Source: Ralstonia flaminis (GTDB taxonomy: Bacteria > Pseudomonadota > Gammaproteobacteria > Burkholderiales > Burkholderiaceae). From it: a stretch of DNA of 64,000 nucleotides. The DNA is taken from positions 101,267 to 165,266 of the forward strand of contig NZ_CATZLL010000010.1 of the NCBI RefSeq assembly GCF_958415495.1, given 5' to 3'. The notes under the pieces are model-generated. The model made no database searches. It saw only the letters and a list, made by a program, of their open reading frames with translations, and had not been told where the DNA came from. Position numbers and translations under genes: made by a program. Every line of letters begins with the position of its first letter. Position 1 is the stretch's first letter. Positions 47,168-56,994 of this stretch are shown here, piece after piece.

Positions 47168-47938
47168 ATGGCAGAGCAATTGATCGACGCAGCGCAAAGC
47201 ACGCTGGCCAAGGCGCTGTCGGCACTGAGCCGTCGTGCCGACCGGGTGCACTCACAGCTCTGTGCTGCGCAGCGTATTCGCACGGCCTATCTCGCCGCGC
47301 AGGTCGGCATATTGGTGCCGGCCGTCTCTCGGTCGGTTGTTCGTTCGCTTCAGGTCAGGCTCCCCGCATTCATGACCTCCGACGTCATCGCGGAATTCCA
47401 CCGCGGGCGCAAATTCCTTGCGGTGTTTCCCCGCAAGCAAACCCGTGAGTCGCTGTCGATCCTCCAATACGCGCTTACGGCGTATCTCAGTCAGATCCGC
47501 TACCAGGAATTGAAGGAATTCGACGCTGAAATTGCCCACCTGCGGGCCTACCTCACTGACTTGGAACGCGCACGTGAGCAAGCGTCAGACCTTCTGCGGG
47601 TGCTCCAGGTGGTGCAGGATCGCGCCGCACCGGTTCCCTCCGAAGCGCAGCCGCTACTGGCTCGGATGGCTGGCGCTGGGGATCGACATTGCCGGCGCTC
47701 GAACGCCGGCACCGACGGTCGGCGCCGCGCGGCCAGTGCATTGGATGATCAAGACACGAACCTATGCGCGTTCGTGTTGGCAGAACTTCCCTCTCGTTTG
47801 GGGGAGCTTCTGACGCGCGACAAATCGGCGGCCTTCGACGCGTCGACCGAACGCCCTCGCGCTGGGCCGACCACTGGCTCGCCACGTTTGCCTGTTCCGG
47901 CACTCGACACGCTTGACGCGCAACTCGCGACGGCATGA
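47168..47938 (+). CDS. Hypothetical protein, 256 aa
   Basis: Track ORF. Confidence 0.4.
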   Translation: MAEQLIDAAQSTLAKALSALSRRADRVHSQLCAAQRIRTAYLAAQVGILVPAVSRSVVRSLQVRLPAFMTSDVIAEFHRGRKFLAVFPRKQTRESLSILQYALTAYLSQIRYQELKEFDAEIAHLRAYLTDLERAREQASDLLRVLQVVQDRAAPVPSEAQPLLARMAGAGDRHCRRSNAGTDGRRRAASALDDQDTNLCAFVLAELPSRLGELLTRDKSAAFDASTERPRAGPTTGSPRLPVPALDTLDAQLATA

Positions 47939-48033
47939 CCACCGAGCGGCTGGTGCCATCCCTTGACTTTGTACTGGGCTGGCTACGCTGATCTGAATCC
48001 ATTGCCACCCGAGGCCAGCCGCCTCGCACACAA

Positions 48034-49947
48034 TTGACGATGAACACCTCCGCATCCTCCAGCCCTGCAGTCGCATGCGGTCCCGATGGCCGCGCCCGCG
48101 CGAACGCCACGCTCACCATGGCGAAATGGATTCTGCTCAGCAGAGACCGCACCCTCGATCATGCTTGCGTCGAATGCGTGCCAGATGGCGCACTCGTTGT
48201 GCCAGGCTTTCGTTGCGGCTACCACTCCGCGCTGAATGCGGTGACCGCCGTAGATGATGCTGACCGACAGGAACCAGCGTACGCGCCGGTGCAAGCGGTG
48301 GTCGACCAGTTTGTGTCCGGATACCAGCTACACGGCACGCTGGGGTCCCATGTCCCGACTCCACGGGAACGCGGGCTGATTGCCAACGCAATCGCTGGCC
48401 TGCTCGCCGACACGGTCTTCCTTCGAGAGTTCGACAAATGGCGGCGTGCCGACGCCCCGCAAGCCAGCATGCCACCCGCGGCAGCAGTTCCCGCGGACTG
48501 TGCCGGTGCCGGTGAACCCTCCACCCTTCGCAACATGTTGGCCGCCATCAGGGTCGTCGGCCAGATTGACGGCCACGATGTGATACGTCGCCTGTCCATG
48601 CTGGACCTTGTGGACCGCGAGAGGCGCGCAGCCGAGGAAGAGGCGCCAGCTGGCGCCATCGCCTTGTCCGATGCGCATGCGAAAGGCGTCATGGACGCGC
48701 TGCGCGGCGTTCACGAGCTGTTTGTCCATGAGGACGGTTGCGGTGCCTTGCCTCCTGACAGCCCATTTCAGAATGGGGACCAGCCGTTCGGCCGGACCTC
48801 AAGAAAACCACAGCGAACAAGCGCAATGCTGAGCGAAAAACATCACAACCCGCATAGGAGCGGCACGGAAGCCTATCTTGCAACCGAGCACCACAACGAA
48901 GGCTGGAACGGAGCATTGGCCGCCGTCCGCAAAGTCCTGGGCAGTAGTCTGGCGGCGGCGATCCACTACCCGGGCTGCTGGGACACAGCGGCATATCCGA
49001 CGATCGAAAGCGCACTGGCCGAGATGGGCGAGGAGTTTCAGTGCACGAACGATGATTGCCCCCACCACTCCGACCTACAGCAGGGCGAGCCGAGGGCGTT
49101 CGACGTGGCTGTGAGCGGATACAAAGTATTGCTGGTACGCACGCGCAGTGAAGCAGACGACACCGCGAAGCATTTCCGAGGCCGTGGCTGTGAAGTCGAG
49201 GTGTACCCCTTGTACGGTGGCCAGCGGTTCCATACCTTGAAGGCCACCGACTTCTACGAGCTTGATCCGGACCGCAACGGCGAGCCCGGTACCGAGCCGG
49301 CACGCAACGTCACGCACCTAATGCCGGAGCCGTGGCCACCGGCGTTGAGTGGCGCCCCTGTCGTTCCGGCGACGCTGGAGGTTGACAATGCCGCGCTGGC
49401 TGCCGAGATCGACTGGTGTCTCGACGAAGGCCATTGCGGACCCCGCACCCGCGCTGTGCTGCAGCGAATCCGCGATCATCAAACTGCGGGCATTACACCG
49501 GCGCGGCGCCCCATGCTGCTCATCACCCTCCGCCAGGCCGAGAGCCTGCAGCAGTTCTTCGGTGGTCACGACGCAGAGGTCGCCGTTGTGCCCTACAAGG
49601 ACGGACTGCTCGCCTGGGACGTCGAGTGCCCCGGCGAGGGCTCTCAGTGGCTGGGGCCAACGGCGGTGGATGACGAGCTGGCCGACAAGGGCCGGCCGGA
49701 CACGTCACGGCCCGCGATCTGGAAAACGACGCATCCCGCTGTGTGCGTGCCCATCACCGACAGCAAGGCGATCGCCGACGACTGGAAGGAGCATGGCTAC
49801 GACGTGGTCGAGTTCTACCCAGGACCCCAGGAGCTGCGATTGTGCGCTGACGGAGTCGGCACGGCCAACGCTGACGCCGATGGCCACACAGTTTTGCGCG
49901 ATACGCCCGGTGCTGCGTCGATTGACGCAGACGAGGGCCCACGCTGA
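48034..49947 (+). CDS. Hypothetical protein, 637 aa (Cys/His-rich segments CTNDDCPHH, CLDEGHC; no recognised domain)
   Basis: Track ORF. Confidence 0.5.
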   Translation: MTMNTSASSSPAVACGPDGRARANATLTMAKWILLSRDRTLDHACVECVPDGALVVPGFRCGYHSALNAVTAVDDADRQEPAYAPVQAVVDQFVSGYQLHGTLGSHVPTPRERGLIANAIAGLLADTVFLREFDKWRRADAPQASMPPAAAVPADCAGAGEPSTLRNMLAAIRVVGQIDGHDVIRRLSMLDLVDRERRAAEEEAPAGAIALSDAHAKGVMDALRGVHELFVHEDGCGALPPDSPFQNGDQPFGRTSRKPQRTSAMLSEKHHNPHRSGTEAYLATEHHNEGWNGALAAVRKVLGSSLAAAIHYPGCWDTAAYPTIESALAEMGEEFQCTNDDCPHHSDLQQGEPRAFDVAVSGYKVLLVRTRSEADDTAKHFRGRGCEVEVYPLYGGQRFHTLKATDFYELDPDRNGEPGTEPARNVTHLMPEPWPPALSGAPVVPATLEVDNAALAAEIDWCLDEGHCGPRTRAVLQRIRDHQTAGITPARRPMLLITLRQAESLQQFFGGHDAEVAVVPYKDGLLAWDVECPGEGSQWLGPTAVDDELADKGRPDTSRPAIWKTTHPAVCVPITDSKAIADDWKEHGYDVVEFYPGPQELRLCADGVGTANADADGHTVLRDTPGAASIDADEGPR

Positions 49948-50279
49948 TGTGGGGGTTCCATATACACCTGGACATCGAGGGCTTCGTGCGGAGCAGCACG
50001 TACCCGGACGACTACATTGGCCTCTTCCGTGATGCCACCGGGCGCTCGCTCACGCCAGCCGAGGCGCGCACCAAGCTGACGATCGACAAGGCAAGGGGCC
50101 ACAAGGTACTCCCGATGAGCAAGGAATGCGGCGCCGCGCTGTGCCCACACGCAACCGATGGTTGCTCCGGCTTCGACTATTCGGGCGGTGGGTGTCCAGG
50201 CTACCAACGAGGCAATGGCAAGGCCGCTCCACACAGCACAGCAACGACGACGGAGGTCAACGATGCAGCAGACGAATGA
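49947..50279 (+). CDS. Hypothetical protein, 110 aa (start overlaps previous stop, GCTGATG)
   Basis: Track ORF. Confidence 0.35.
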   Translation: MWGFHIHLDIEGFVRSSTYPDDYIGLFRDATGRSLTPAEARTKLTIDKARGHKVLPMSKECGAALCPHATDGCSGFDYSGGGCPGYQRGNGKAAPHSTATTTEVNDAADE

Positions 50280-51126
50280 GAACGCTTCCCCGGCAACAAC
50301 TCAACACGAAGCCATGACGCTGCTTGCCGACCTCGTTCTTTCAGTGCAATGGTGGGCGGGCCAGGAAGACGGCATTCCGGATACCGTCCGCCCCGCCTTT
50401 GACCGGGCTCAGAAGGCTCTTGGCTGGCCACAAGGGGAATCGACCACCACGCCGGCGGCAACGGCAATGCCCGAGGCGCCATGTGCGAGTTGCCACGGCT
50501 TCGGTAGCGAGCTGACGGTGTACAAAGGCAAGGTTCCCTGCCGGGCATGCCAGAAATCCAACAATGCCGCGCCATGGCTACCTCCCGGCTGGGAAATCAG
50601 TGTGGCCGATGACGACGGCTCCACCTGGGTGACACTGCGCCGCTGCACTTCGGATCGCAAGGTGCTCGCCCAGTCGGTCTACGCGCACAAGCGGGGATCT
50701 CTGGATTCGCATGTTTGGCATGCACTGCGCCATTCTCTCGACATCACGCGCCCTCAGATCGCAGAGCTCGACCACTGGCGAGCCCGGGCACTGAATGCAG
50801 AGCAACTGCTCAACAGCCCCGAGCTGCATGACTTTGCCCGCGGGGTCGTGCAAGAAGCCGCCCACCAGCGCCAGCGTTGGGGAACTGCCAAGGACGCCGA
50901 CAAGTCGCCAGCGGACTGGGTCTTTCTCGTTGGCCACCTCGAAACCCGCTCCATGATGTACCTGCAGGCCGGCAACGTTGACAAGGCGCTGCATCACACG
51001 ATCACGACCGCTGCGGCACTCGCCAACTGGCACACGAACATTTCCGGAGCGGATAGCAGCATGTGGCCCAGCCTTCCCGGCCAGCCACATGCCAGCGCCC
51101 CGGTGGGCGGCGGCGGCCATGCGTGA
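50263..51126 (+). CDS. Hypothetical protein, ~287 aa with CxxC..CxxC zinc-ribbon-like segment (CASCHGFGSELTVYKGKVPCRAC)
   Basis: Internal start MQQTNEN of track ORF 50158..51126. Overlaps the upstream gene end by 17 bp. Confidence 0.4.
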   Translation: MQQTNENASPATTQHEAMTLLADLVLSVQWWAGQEDGIPDTVRPAFDRAQKALGWPQGESTTTPAATAMPEAPCASCHGFGSELTVYKGKVPCRACQKSNNAAPWLPPGWEISVADDDGSTWVTLRRCTSDRKVLAQSVYAHKRGSLDSHVWHALRHSLDITRPQIAELDHWRARALNAEQLLNSPELHDFARGVVQEAAHQRQRWGTAKDADKSPADWVFLVGHLETRSMMYLQAGNVDKALHHTITTAAALANWHTNISGADSSMWPSLPGQPHASAPVGGGGHA

Positions 51127-51759
51127 GCACGTCAACCTCCGCAGCATCTTCAGTGGTCGCAGCCCGACGACCGGCCTTCCCTTCGCCGAACGCCACAGGT
51201 AGAGCGGTAGCGCCTGGGGCAAAGCAGCCTGCGAGCTTCGCTGCCGGATGCTCGACCAGTTGCTCAAACCCGCGGCGCCGTCCACGTCGCCTCGCTGACT
51301 TGATCCCGCACAACAGCAACAATCGGCACGCACAATGAACATACATTCTGGTGCCGCCCAGCTATTCTCCGCATTATCTCCAGCCATTCCTCAAAAGCGC
51401 AGTGAGGAAGTTGGCCTTTACCAAATAACGTAGTACATGCCCCCAGCAGATCTCTCCTCCGAATTTCCCCACCCTGAAACGATCATCGCCGTGCGCGGCG
51501 CCCTGTCCATCGGCCTCCAGCAGGGGCCAGACAGCCCAGGAGGCCACTGGCTGCACGAGTTCTGGGCGTTCGGCCGCGCCCGCGCCGAGGCTGAAGCCAT
51601 CATCCAAGGCTTCATGGAAAGCGCCGCCATCAGGATTTTGGCGACGTCTCACGCATATTTTGGAGCCGCTGCAACATAAACCCGTCTGCAGTGGTGGTTC
51701 AACAAACTCGGCGACAGGCATAATCCGGACTTAAAATCCAATCATCGAGACCCAACGGT

Positions 51760-52332
51760 ATGTTTGACGATCTGATCGGCTGTGGTCACTGCGGCGGACG
51801 GGCCAGGTTCTTCGCTGGCCGAAAGGAGGCCGTCATTGTGTGTACACAGTGCGGCATTGGCACGCCGCCCGTGCAAATCGGAACCTCCAAAGAAGCGGCC
51901 TACGACGAGCTGGCTTTGATCTGGAACCGACGCGTCGAGTATCGCCCAACCGATCAACACGAGCTGGCCTCGATCGCGCGTCGCCAATTGACGCCGGTGG
52001 ACATCCCAATGCTGCTGGACGCGATCGCCCGCAATGCCATGGATTGGGAAACCCGCGGACCGATATTCGCGGCAATGGCCGCCCAGCTCAGCAGGCCCGC
52101 TTCCCCCGCCGCCGCGGAAGTACCAATGGCCACCGTCCTTGAAGACGCCGGCCGGTATCGCAAGCTCGTGCGATTGGCCAAGGTCATCTACGTCGATGGC
52201 CGTCCCTGGATCCGCTTCGAACCACTCGACGCGTTCGACGCCGAACTGGTTGAAGGCGAAGAAAATGCCTTCGCGCGCATGGACGTATTCGTCGCGCGTG
52301 CGGTGGATGCCCTGGAGCCTCAGCTCGACTAG
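51760..52332 (+). CDS. Lar-family (restriction-alleviation-like) zinc-ribbon protein with C-terminal extension, 190 aa
   Basis: N-terminal CGHCGG ... CTQCG double CxxC spacing, characteristic of Lar-like proteins. Confidence 0.4.
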   Translation: MFDDLIGCGHCGGRARFFAGRKEAVIVCTQCGIGTPPVQIGTSKEAAYDELALIWNRRVEYRPTDQHELASIARRQLTPVDIPMLLDAIARNAMDWETRGPIFAAMAAQLSRPASPAAAEVPMATVLEDAGRYRKLVRLAKVIYVDGRPWIRFEPLDAFDAELVEGEENAFARMDVFVARAVDALEPQLD

Positions 52333-52573
52333 CGCCCCTCGCCACCATGATCGCGCGATCGGCGAGGCGCTGACCTTCCAACTGACGATGGCGTCGACGC
52401 GCGGTAGATGACCGTGCGGTAACGGCCATGCTTTGGCCGGCCGGATCTCGTTCCGTGCCCAGCACTCCCAAACCCTTCACGCAAATCGGCCCGCAGAAGC
52501 TCTCGCTTTCGGGTACTTGACATTGCCCGTTACAAGGCACGATGGATCTAGGTCAACCCGGATCCCAACTGCC

Positions 52574-53491
52574 GTGCTCAAAAAAACCCTGCTCTTCGTT
52601 GCCCTCTCTGCATTCCTCCAGGTCGCCGGCGCCTCTCCCGATCACTGCGGCGCATCGGTCGCGGACGGCGCGCAACCGAAGGTGCTGTCCAGCAAGCACG
52701 CTGGCGCCAGCCACCTGCTCTGCTACCGCGCCTACGCGGTGCTCGTGTCCTCGGCGACCCGGACACCGCTGTGGTCAGCCGAACACCTGACCGCGCAGGC
52801 GGTGAACCAGGCGCGTGAGCTGCCGCGCGAAAGCGATTTCTTCGAAGAGACGTCTTTGCCGGCAACCGCCCGCGCCACCCTGCAGGACTACCACGGTAGC
52901 TCGCACGTCCAGATTGACCGTGGCCACATGTCGCCAAGCGGGGACTTCGGCGACCTGGCATCGCAACAGGAAAGTTTCAGCTTGGCCAACGTCGTCCCGC
53001 AGAACTCGGTCAGCAACCGCCGCATGTGGAGCCACCTGGAGACGTCGACCCGCCGCCTGGTACGGCAGACCGGCGAAGCCTACGTGGTGACCGGCCCAGC
53101 ATTCACGGACGGCAAGGCCCGTTACCTCAACGAACATGTACGGGTACCCGACTATCTGTGGAAAGCGATCTACGTCCCGGGCGTCGGCGCAGCAGCCTAC
53201 ATCGCACCCAACGATGCCACGCCGAAATATGCGGTGGTCAGCATCGCCAAACTCGCACAATTCACCGGCGTCGACCCGTTCCCCCGGCTGCCGGCCGCGA
53301 CGCGCGATCAGGCGATGGAGTTGCCGCCGCCCACCCCGCATCCGCACGAGAAGGCTGGTCGGCAGACCACCCTCAACGATCTCTTGAGCCGCGCGCCGGC
53401 AGCGGAGGTGGAAGATGTCGGACCGACTGCCGTGGCCCGCGTTCCCAACGTATGGCGGCTGGCCCGCGCAATCAGCGCCGCCGTTCGCTAA
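52574..53491 (+). CDS. Secreted DNA/RNA non-specific endonuclease (Serratia NucA / EndoG beta-beta-alpha-Me family), ~305 aa
   Basis: Signal peptide KKTLLFVALSAFLQVAGA, active-site DRGHM motif and a downstream Asn (VVPQNSVSN). GTG start chosen within track ORF 52433..53491. Confidence 0.6.
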   Translation: MLKKTLLFVALSAFLQVAGASPDHCGASVADGAQPKVLSSKHAGASHLLCYRAYAVLVSSATRTPLWSAEHLTAQAVNQARELPRESDFFEETSLPATARATLQDYHGSSHVQIDRGHMSPSGDFGDLASQQESFSLANVVPQNSVSNRRMWSHLETSTRRLVRQTGEAYVVTGPAFTDGKARYLNEHVRVPDYLWKAIYVPGVGAAAYIAPNDATPKYAVVSIAKLAQFTGVDPFPRLPAATRDQAMELPPPTPHPHEKAGRQTTLNDLLSRAPAAEVEDVGPTAVARVPNVWRLARAISAAVR

Positions 53492-53516
53492 GATGGAATC
53501 TAAATGGAGGCATCCC

Positions 53517-53639
53517 ATGAAAGCCCAACAACCGTACGGATCTCCCCAAACCCTGGGCCGTCGTGTCAGCTTCTGGCTGATCGCTGTGGCCGTCGCGCTG
53601 TACCTTTCCTACATCGCCGGGACCAGCCCGCCGTTCTAA
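53517..53639 (+). CDS. Small membrane protein, 40 aa (MKAQQPYGSPQTLGRRVSFWLIAVAVALYLSYIAGTSPPF)
   Basis: GGAGG RBS 6 bp upstream; followed by a terminator. Confidence 0.35.
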   Translation: MKAQQPYGSPQTLGRRVSFWLIAVAVALYLSYIAGTSPPF

Positions 53640-53659
53640 CCCGCCGACCAATCCCGCAA

Positions 53660-53694
53660 AAGCCGCCACACCGTTGGCGGCTTTTGCGTTATTT
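53660..53694 (+). terminator. Intrinsic terminator (AGCCGCCA-CACCG-TTGGCGGCT then TTTTGCGTTATTT)
   Basis: 8-bp GC stem followed by a T-rich tract. Confidence 0.55.
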
Positions 53695-53718
53695 GTCCTG
53701 AACGCGTCTAGCGCGCGA

Positions 53719-54876
53719 TCAGTTCTTCGTTGGGTCGGCCGCGCCCGATGAGCACGAACGCCCAAGCATTCCGCAAACCCGGGCGAGCAGCTCTGCGAGT
53801 CGCGATCGCACAACCGGGGCCGGGCCGGCACCGGCACCGGCACCGGCATGTGCGTCCATAGCAGCTCTGGCCGAGATCTTGTAGGCGAGTATCTCGCCCG
53901 ACGTGATCAACCGCTGAGCCTCTCGGTCAGCCTCTTCGGCGCACTCGATGTACCGGAGCTCTCCTGCAGCCCATTCCACTCTCACTTCGTCGCGCTCCCA
54001 GCAATTGCCGTGCACCCGACGATGAAAGCGCACCCAAGGGAGGTCGACGTAACCAAGATGCCCATACAGGCGCCGCCACGCAGGTGCGCTGCCCGGCCAA
54101 CACGCATCGAGTGGCCAGTGCCAGAAGAACTCGGGGTCGCCAAGTTCTGGCCGGTACATCCAGACGTGTGGCGCGTGGCTGAACCGCCCTTCCTTCCACC
54201 ATTGCTTCAGCAGATCCCACCCGGCACGATTCGTCGGCACACTGAAGTTGAGAGACCACTCCGGCGTAGGCGCCTCCTCGAATGGAATCCCATCTTGGGA
54301 CGCGCCGTGGATCTGACAGTGGCAGCACCCCGCTGCGGCAAGTGCGTCCCGCATACGCACAACTTCGGCCCCACTGGGGCTGATGCTCCTGCGCTCACCA
54401 TCCGATGTCCGCAGGCCCCAGCCAATGCTGACAGTCACCCCCTCTAACGAGAGGGAGAGCGGTAGCCGGCCGCCGTCCATCACCGTCCGAATTGCCTGGA
54501 GGATGTCCACCCCGAGTTTCGCGGCGTGCGCCCGCCGAAGCCGATCCTCCTCGATCTCGCGAAGCCGCCGAGCTTGGTTGGCCGTGACTTCCGCTGGGCT
54601 CAGCGGCCACCGCAGGAAGCGGAGCGCTGCGCGCCATTGCGGCGAGATAGCAGCCCCACGAGCCAGCAGCAAATCGCGGGCCTGCTCGATCAGGTCTTGA
54701 GCGTGATCGATGGCCACGTCCGTCAACAGGTCGGTGCCGTCAGTCTCCGCGGTCGCGTTTGGCAGGTTCTCTCGGATGAGTGTGTACAGTTCTTCGTCTG
54801 TGCACGCCCGCAGCTCTGGCTCTGGAAACAGGTAGGTATCCCAATCGCCATCGGCCATTGCGTCATCTTCAGTCAT
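53719..54876 (-). CDS. Hypothetical protein, 385 aa, immediately downstream of the integrase gene
   Basis: Track ORF with a Trp/His-rich C-terminal half. Confidence 0.45.
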   Translation of the reverse strand: MTEDDAMADGDWDTYLFPEPELRACTDEELYTLIRENLPNATAETDGTDLLTDVAIDHAQDLIEQARDLLLARGAAISPQWRAALRFLRWPLSPAEVTANQARRLREIEEDRLRRAHAAKLGVDILQAIRTVMDGGRLPLSLSLEGVTVSIGWGLRTSDGERRSISPSGAEVVRMRDALAAAGCCHCQIHGASQDGIPFEEAPTPEWSLNFSVPTNRAGWDLLKQWWKEGRFSHAPHVWMYRPELGDPEFFWHWPLDACWPGSAPAWRRLYGHLGYVDLPWVRFHRRVHGNCWERDEVRVEWAAGELRYIECAEEADREAQRLITSGEILAYKISARAAMDAHAGAGAGAGPAPVVRSRLAELLARVCGMLGRSCSSGAADPTKN

Positions 54877-54885
54877 CGCACGACC

Positions 54886-56196
54886 TCATCCCGTGAAGTG
54901 CCGATGGCCGGCCGCAGTACCCGCCTCGGCGGGCTTGGCAAGCAGGCGATACAGTGCGGGGCGCGAAATGCCCAGGGCCTCTGCCGCCTTCAGCTTGACC
55001 CCATTGGCCGCGGCAACCGCCGCGACGGCCATCTCACGTGTGACGACGGGCCGGCTCCGGGCTGCGATCGCGGAATGCGTCGACAGGTAGGCGTTGGCCT
55101 TCTCCTTGCGGCTGTGGCCGGCGGCTTCCACCACCCGCGTCATGGCGTCCTTGTGCGCTTCACGGTCGAGAACGCGTGCGCCCCCCTTGATGGCCGCTTG
55201 CTCACCGGTCAGCCGTTGGTACATCTGCTGCAGGAACTGGTGTCGTAGACCGTGGGCGGTGACACCGTCGCCGCGCTTGGTCACGGCGTGCTTTTCCAGC
55301 ACGGTATAGAAGCGCCTGCGCCACTGCACCTGCGTATAGGTCGCCGGGATCAGGGAGCCCCGTTCGGGATTCGTGCACGCGGCCAACTCAGCCGCCTCCG
55401 CAAGCAGGTCGTACTGCCAATCGAACTCGATCAGCACCTGTCGCGGCCGGCCTCCCTTGGTGCCGTCCTGCACGTGCAGATAGCCCGATGGAAGTAGGTC
55501 GCGCGCTGGGCGCAGTCGCCAGCTTTCCTTCGCGCGCAACCCGAACGCTGCCTCAAGCTTCAGTTGAATTGCGACGTGGGCATCCGTCTGGGCGATCTCC
55601 TCGATCTTGGCTAGCGCGTCGATGTTGTTGCCGTCCCAAGAACGGTCGGTCTCGGCGGCGTAGCTGCGCGTGTAGCCTGCCGGCCTCTCCACGTAGTCAT
55701 CGATGCCGCCCACCATGTTGGTCTTGCCCATCCACGAGCACAGCGCGCGCAGGTGTGAGAGGCGCAGTTCAACGCTGCCCACCGCGAGGTTTCGTTCTGT
55801 CACCCAACGCTGCACCAACCATCGCAGGTGCTTCTCCGCCAGGTTGTAGGGCGACATGATGGTGAAGCCGCCCTCACGCAGCTCCACTGCGAGACTGAGC
55901 AACATCTGCGCGCGCTGTTTCTGCGAGATCGACGACAGCGCGCGACCGCTGACGCGGGTCTGGCTGTGCGGCTTGTGCAGGTTCTCGCCCGCCAAGACCG
56001 CGAATTCCGACTTGAACCGTTCCGGCAGCGAGTAGTTCGCCAGGATCGGCTTGAGATTGATGCGCGTCTGCACCGTGACTCCGAGTATTGGTTGCGCAGC
56101 GCGCACGTCCTCGACGCAGGTTTCCCCGCCGGCAACCGCGCCGCACTCACGGAATCCGCACCCCCGTGCTGGCTTCCCCTTTACCCGACCCACCAC
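54886..56196 (-). CDS. int: Tyrosine integrase (phage-integrase family) with C-terminal Fis-type HTH, up to 436 aa (true start may be internal)
   Basis: Catalytic HxxR (AHGLRHQFLQ) and the Tyr region (KANAYLSTHS). C-terminal HTH GISRPALYRLL. Confidence 0.7.
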   Translation of the reverse strand: MVGRVKGKPARGCGFRECGAVAGGETCVEDVRAAQPILGVTVQTRINLKPILANYSLPERFKSEFAVLAGENLHKPHSQTRVSGRALSSISQKQRAQMLLSLAVELREGGFTIMSPYNLAEKHLRWLVQRWVTERNLAVGSVELRLSHLRALCSWMGKTNMVGGIDDYVERPAGYTRSYAAETDRSWDGNNIDALAKIEEIAQTDAHVAIQLKLEAAFGLRAKESWRLRPARDLLPSGYLHVQDGTKGGRPRQVLIEFDWQYDLLAEAAELAACTNPERGSLIPATYTQVQWRRRFYTVLEKHAVTKRGDGVTAHGLRHQFLQQMYQRLTGEQAAIKGGARVLDREAHKDAMTRVVEAAGHSRKEKANAYLSTHSAIAARSRPVVTREMAVAAVAAANGVKLKAAEALGISRPALYRLLAKPAEAGTAAGHRHFTG

Positions 56197-56771
56197 GGTC
56201 GGCTGCCGGTTCCCCCGGCCAGGCCCAACTTCCCCGCCTTTAGCGATTCCAATCGATCAGCCCGACGCATGGAAGCAATGCGTTCTGACTGTCCGTCCTG
56301 CAGCGAGCCTGCGCTTGCGCGCTGACTCACCGCTTCGCGGCCTACACACCGGCCGGCATCTTGCGACGCCTTCCTGCCGACACGAGCAAGGCACGCGACT
56401 CCGCGGCCTTCACTCGCCCACAGGCTTTTGCCCTGGTGTGAGATTCTCCTTGCGCATTTCTGGTGCCGGCTGCGCCTACCGGTCGTCACGTTCAGATACG
56501 TGCGGTCACCCTTGCTCGGGTCGCTCTCGTATCCCACCCACAAGCCGAACCATCTCCGCCGCTGTGTATCGGGCCTTGTGATTCGTGCCCAGCCCTCTGG
56601 CTGAACGGGTGCGTCTTATCGCGTTCCATCCACAAACACTGTTCGGTGTTCGGCTTCGGATTTGTACGCACTGCGGTCTAGCTTCACAGCCAGCGCGCTG
56701 ATCGTTTTGGTATCGCGGTGTCCGGTGGCCTCACTCTCCGGCCCCATCCACTTGATTTGCTTGAAAAAAAT

Positions 56772-56789
56772 GCCGGATGACTATCCGGC
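56772..56789 (-). terminator. Hairpin GCCGGATGACTATCCGGC preceded by A7 on the plus strand (U-run on the minus strand); possible terminator/insulator upstream of the integrase promoter region
   Basis: Read directly. Confidence 0.3.
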
Positions 56790-56859
56790 ACGAACATTGG
56801 TGCCCAACAACCTCTTGGTCGCCGGCTCACCCTGAGTTTCCGCGGTCTTCGCGGAGCTA

Positions 56860-56880
56860 TCGATGCGTCGGGGGACGCGT
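56860..56880 (+). repeat. 22-mer family copy e: TCGATGCGTCGGGGGACGCGT (4-nt spacer)
   Basis: Between the integrase gene and the parC iterons. Confidence 0.55.
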
Positions 56881-56994
56881 GTGGTGACTCAAGGATAGGG
56901 CAGCCCAGTGAATTGCGCCGCACGAAAGCTACGCAAGATTGACGGGCTTTCTTCCATCAAACAGCCGGCGCAGCCTCGTACAGTCCCAACGTAA

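Noticed and set aside
51437-51679. 80-aa ORF in the 630-bp gap after the helicase operon
   Set aside because: No RBS and weak coding character. The region is more likely regulatory (promoter of the Lar-like gene).
56197-56990. tRNA gene / attachment site next to the integrase
   Set aside because: I looked for cloverleaf-compatible segments and for direct repeats of the flanks and could not identify any. Not excluded without a tRNA scan.
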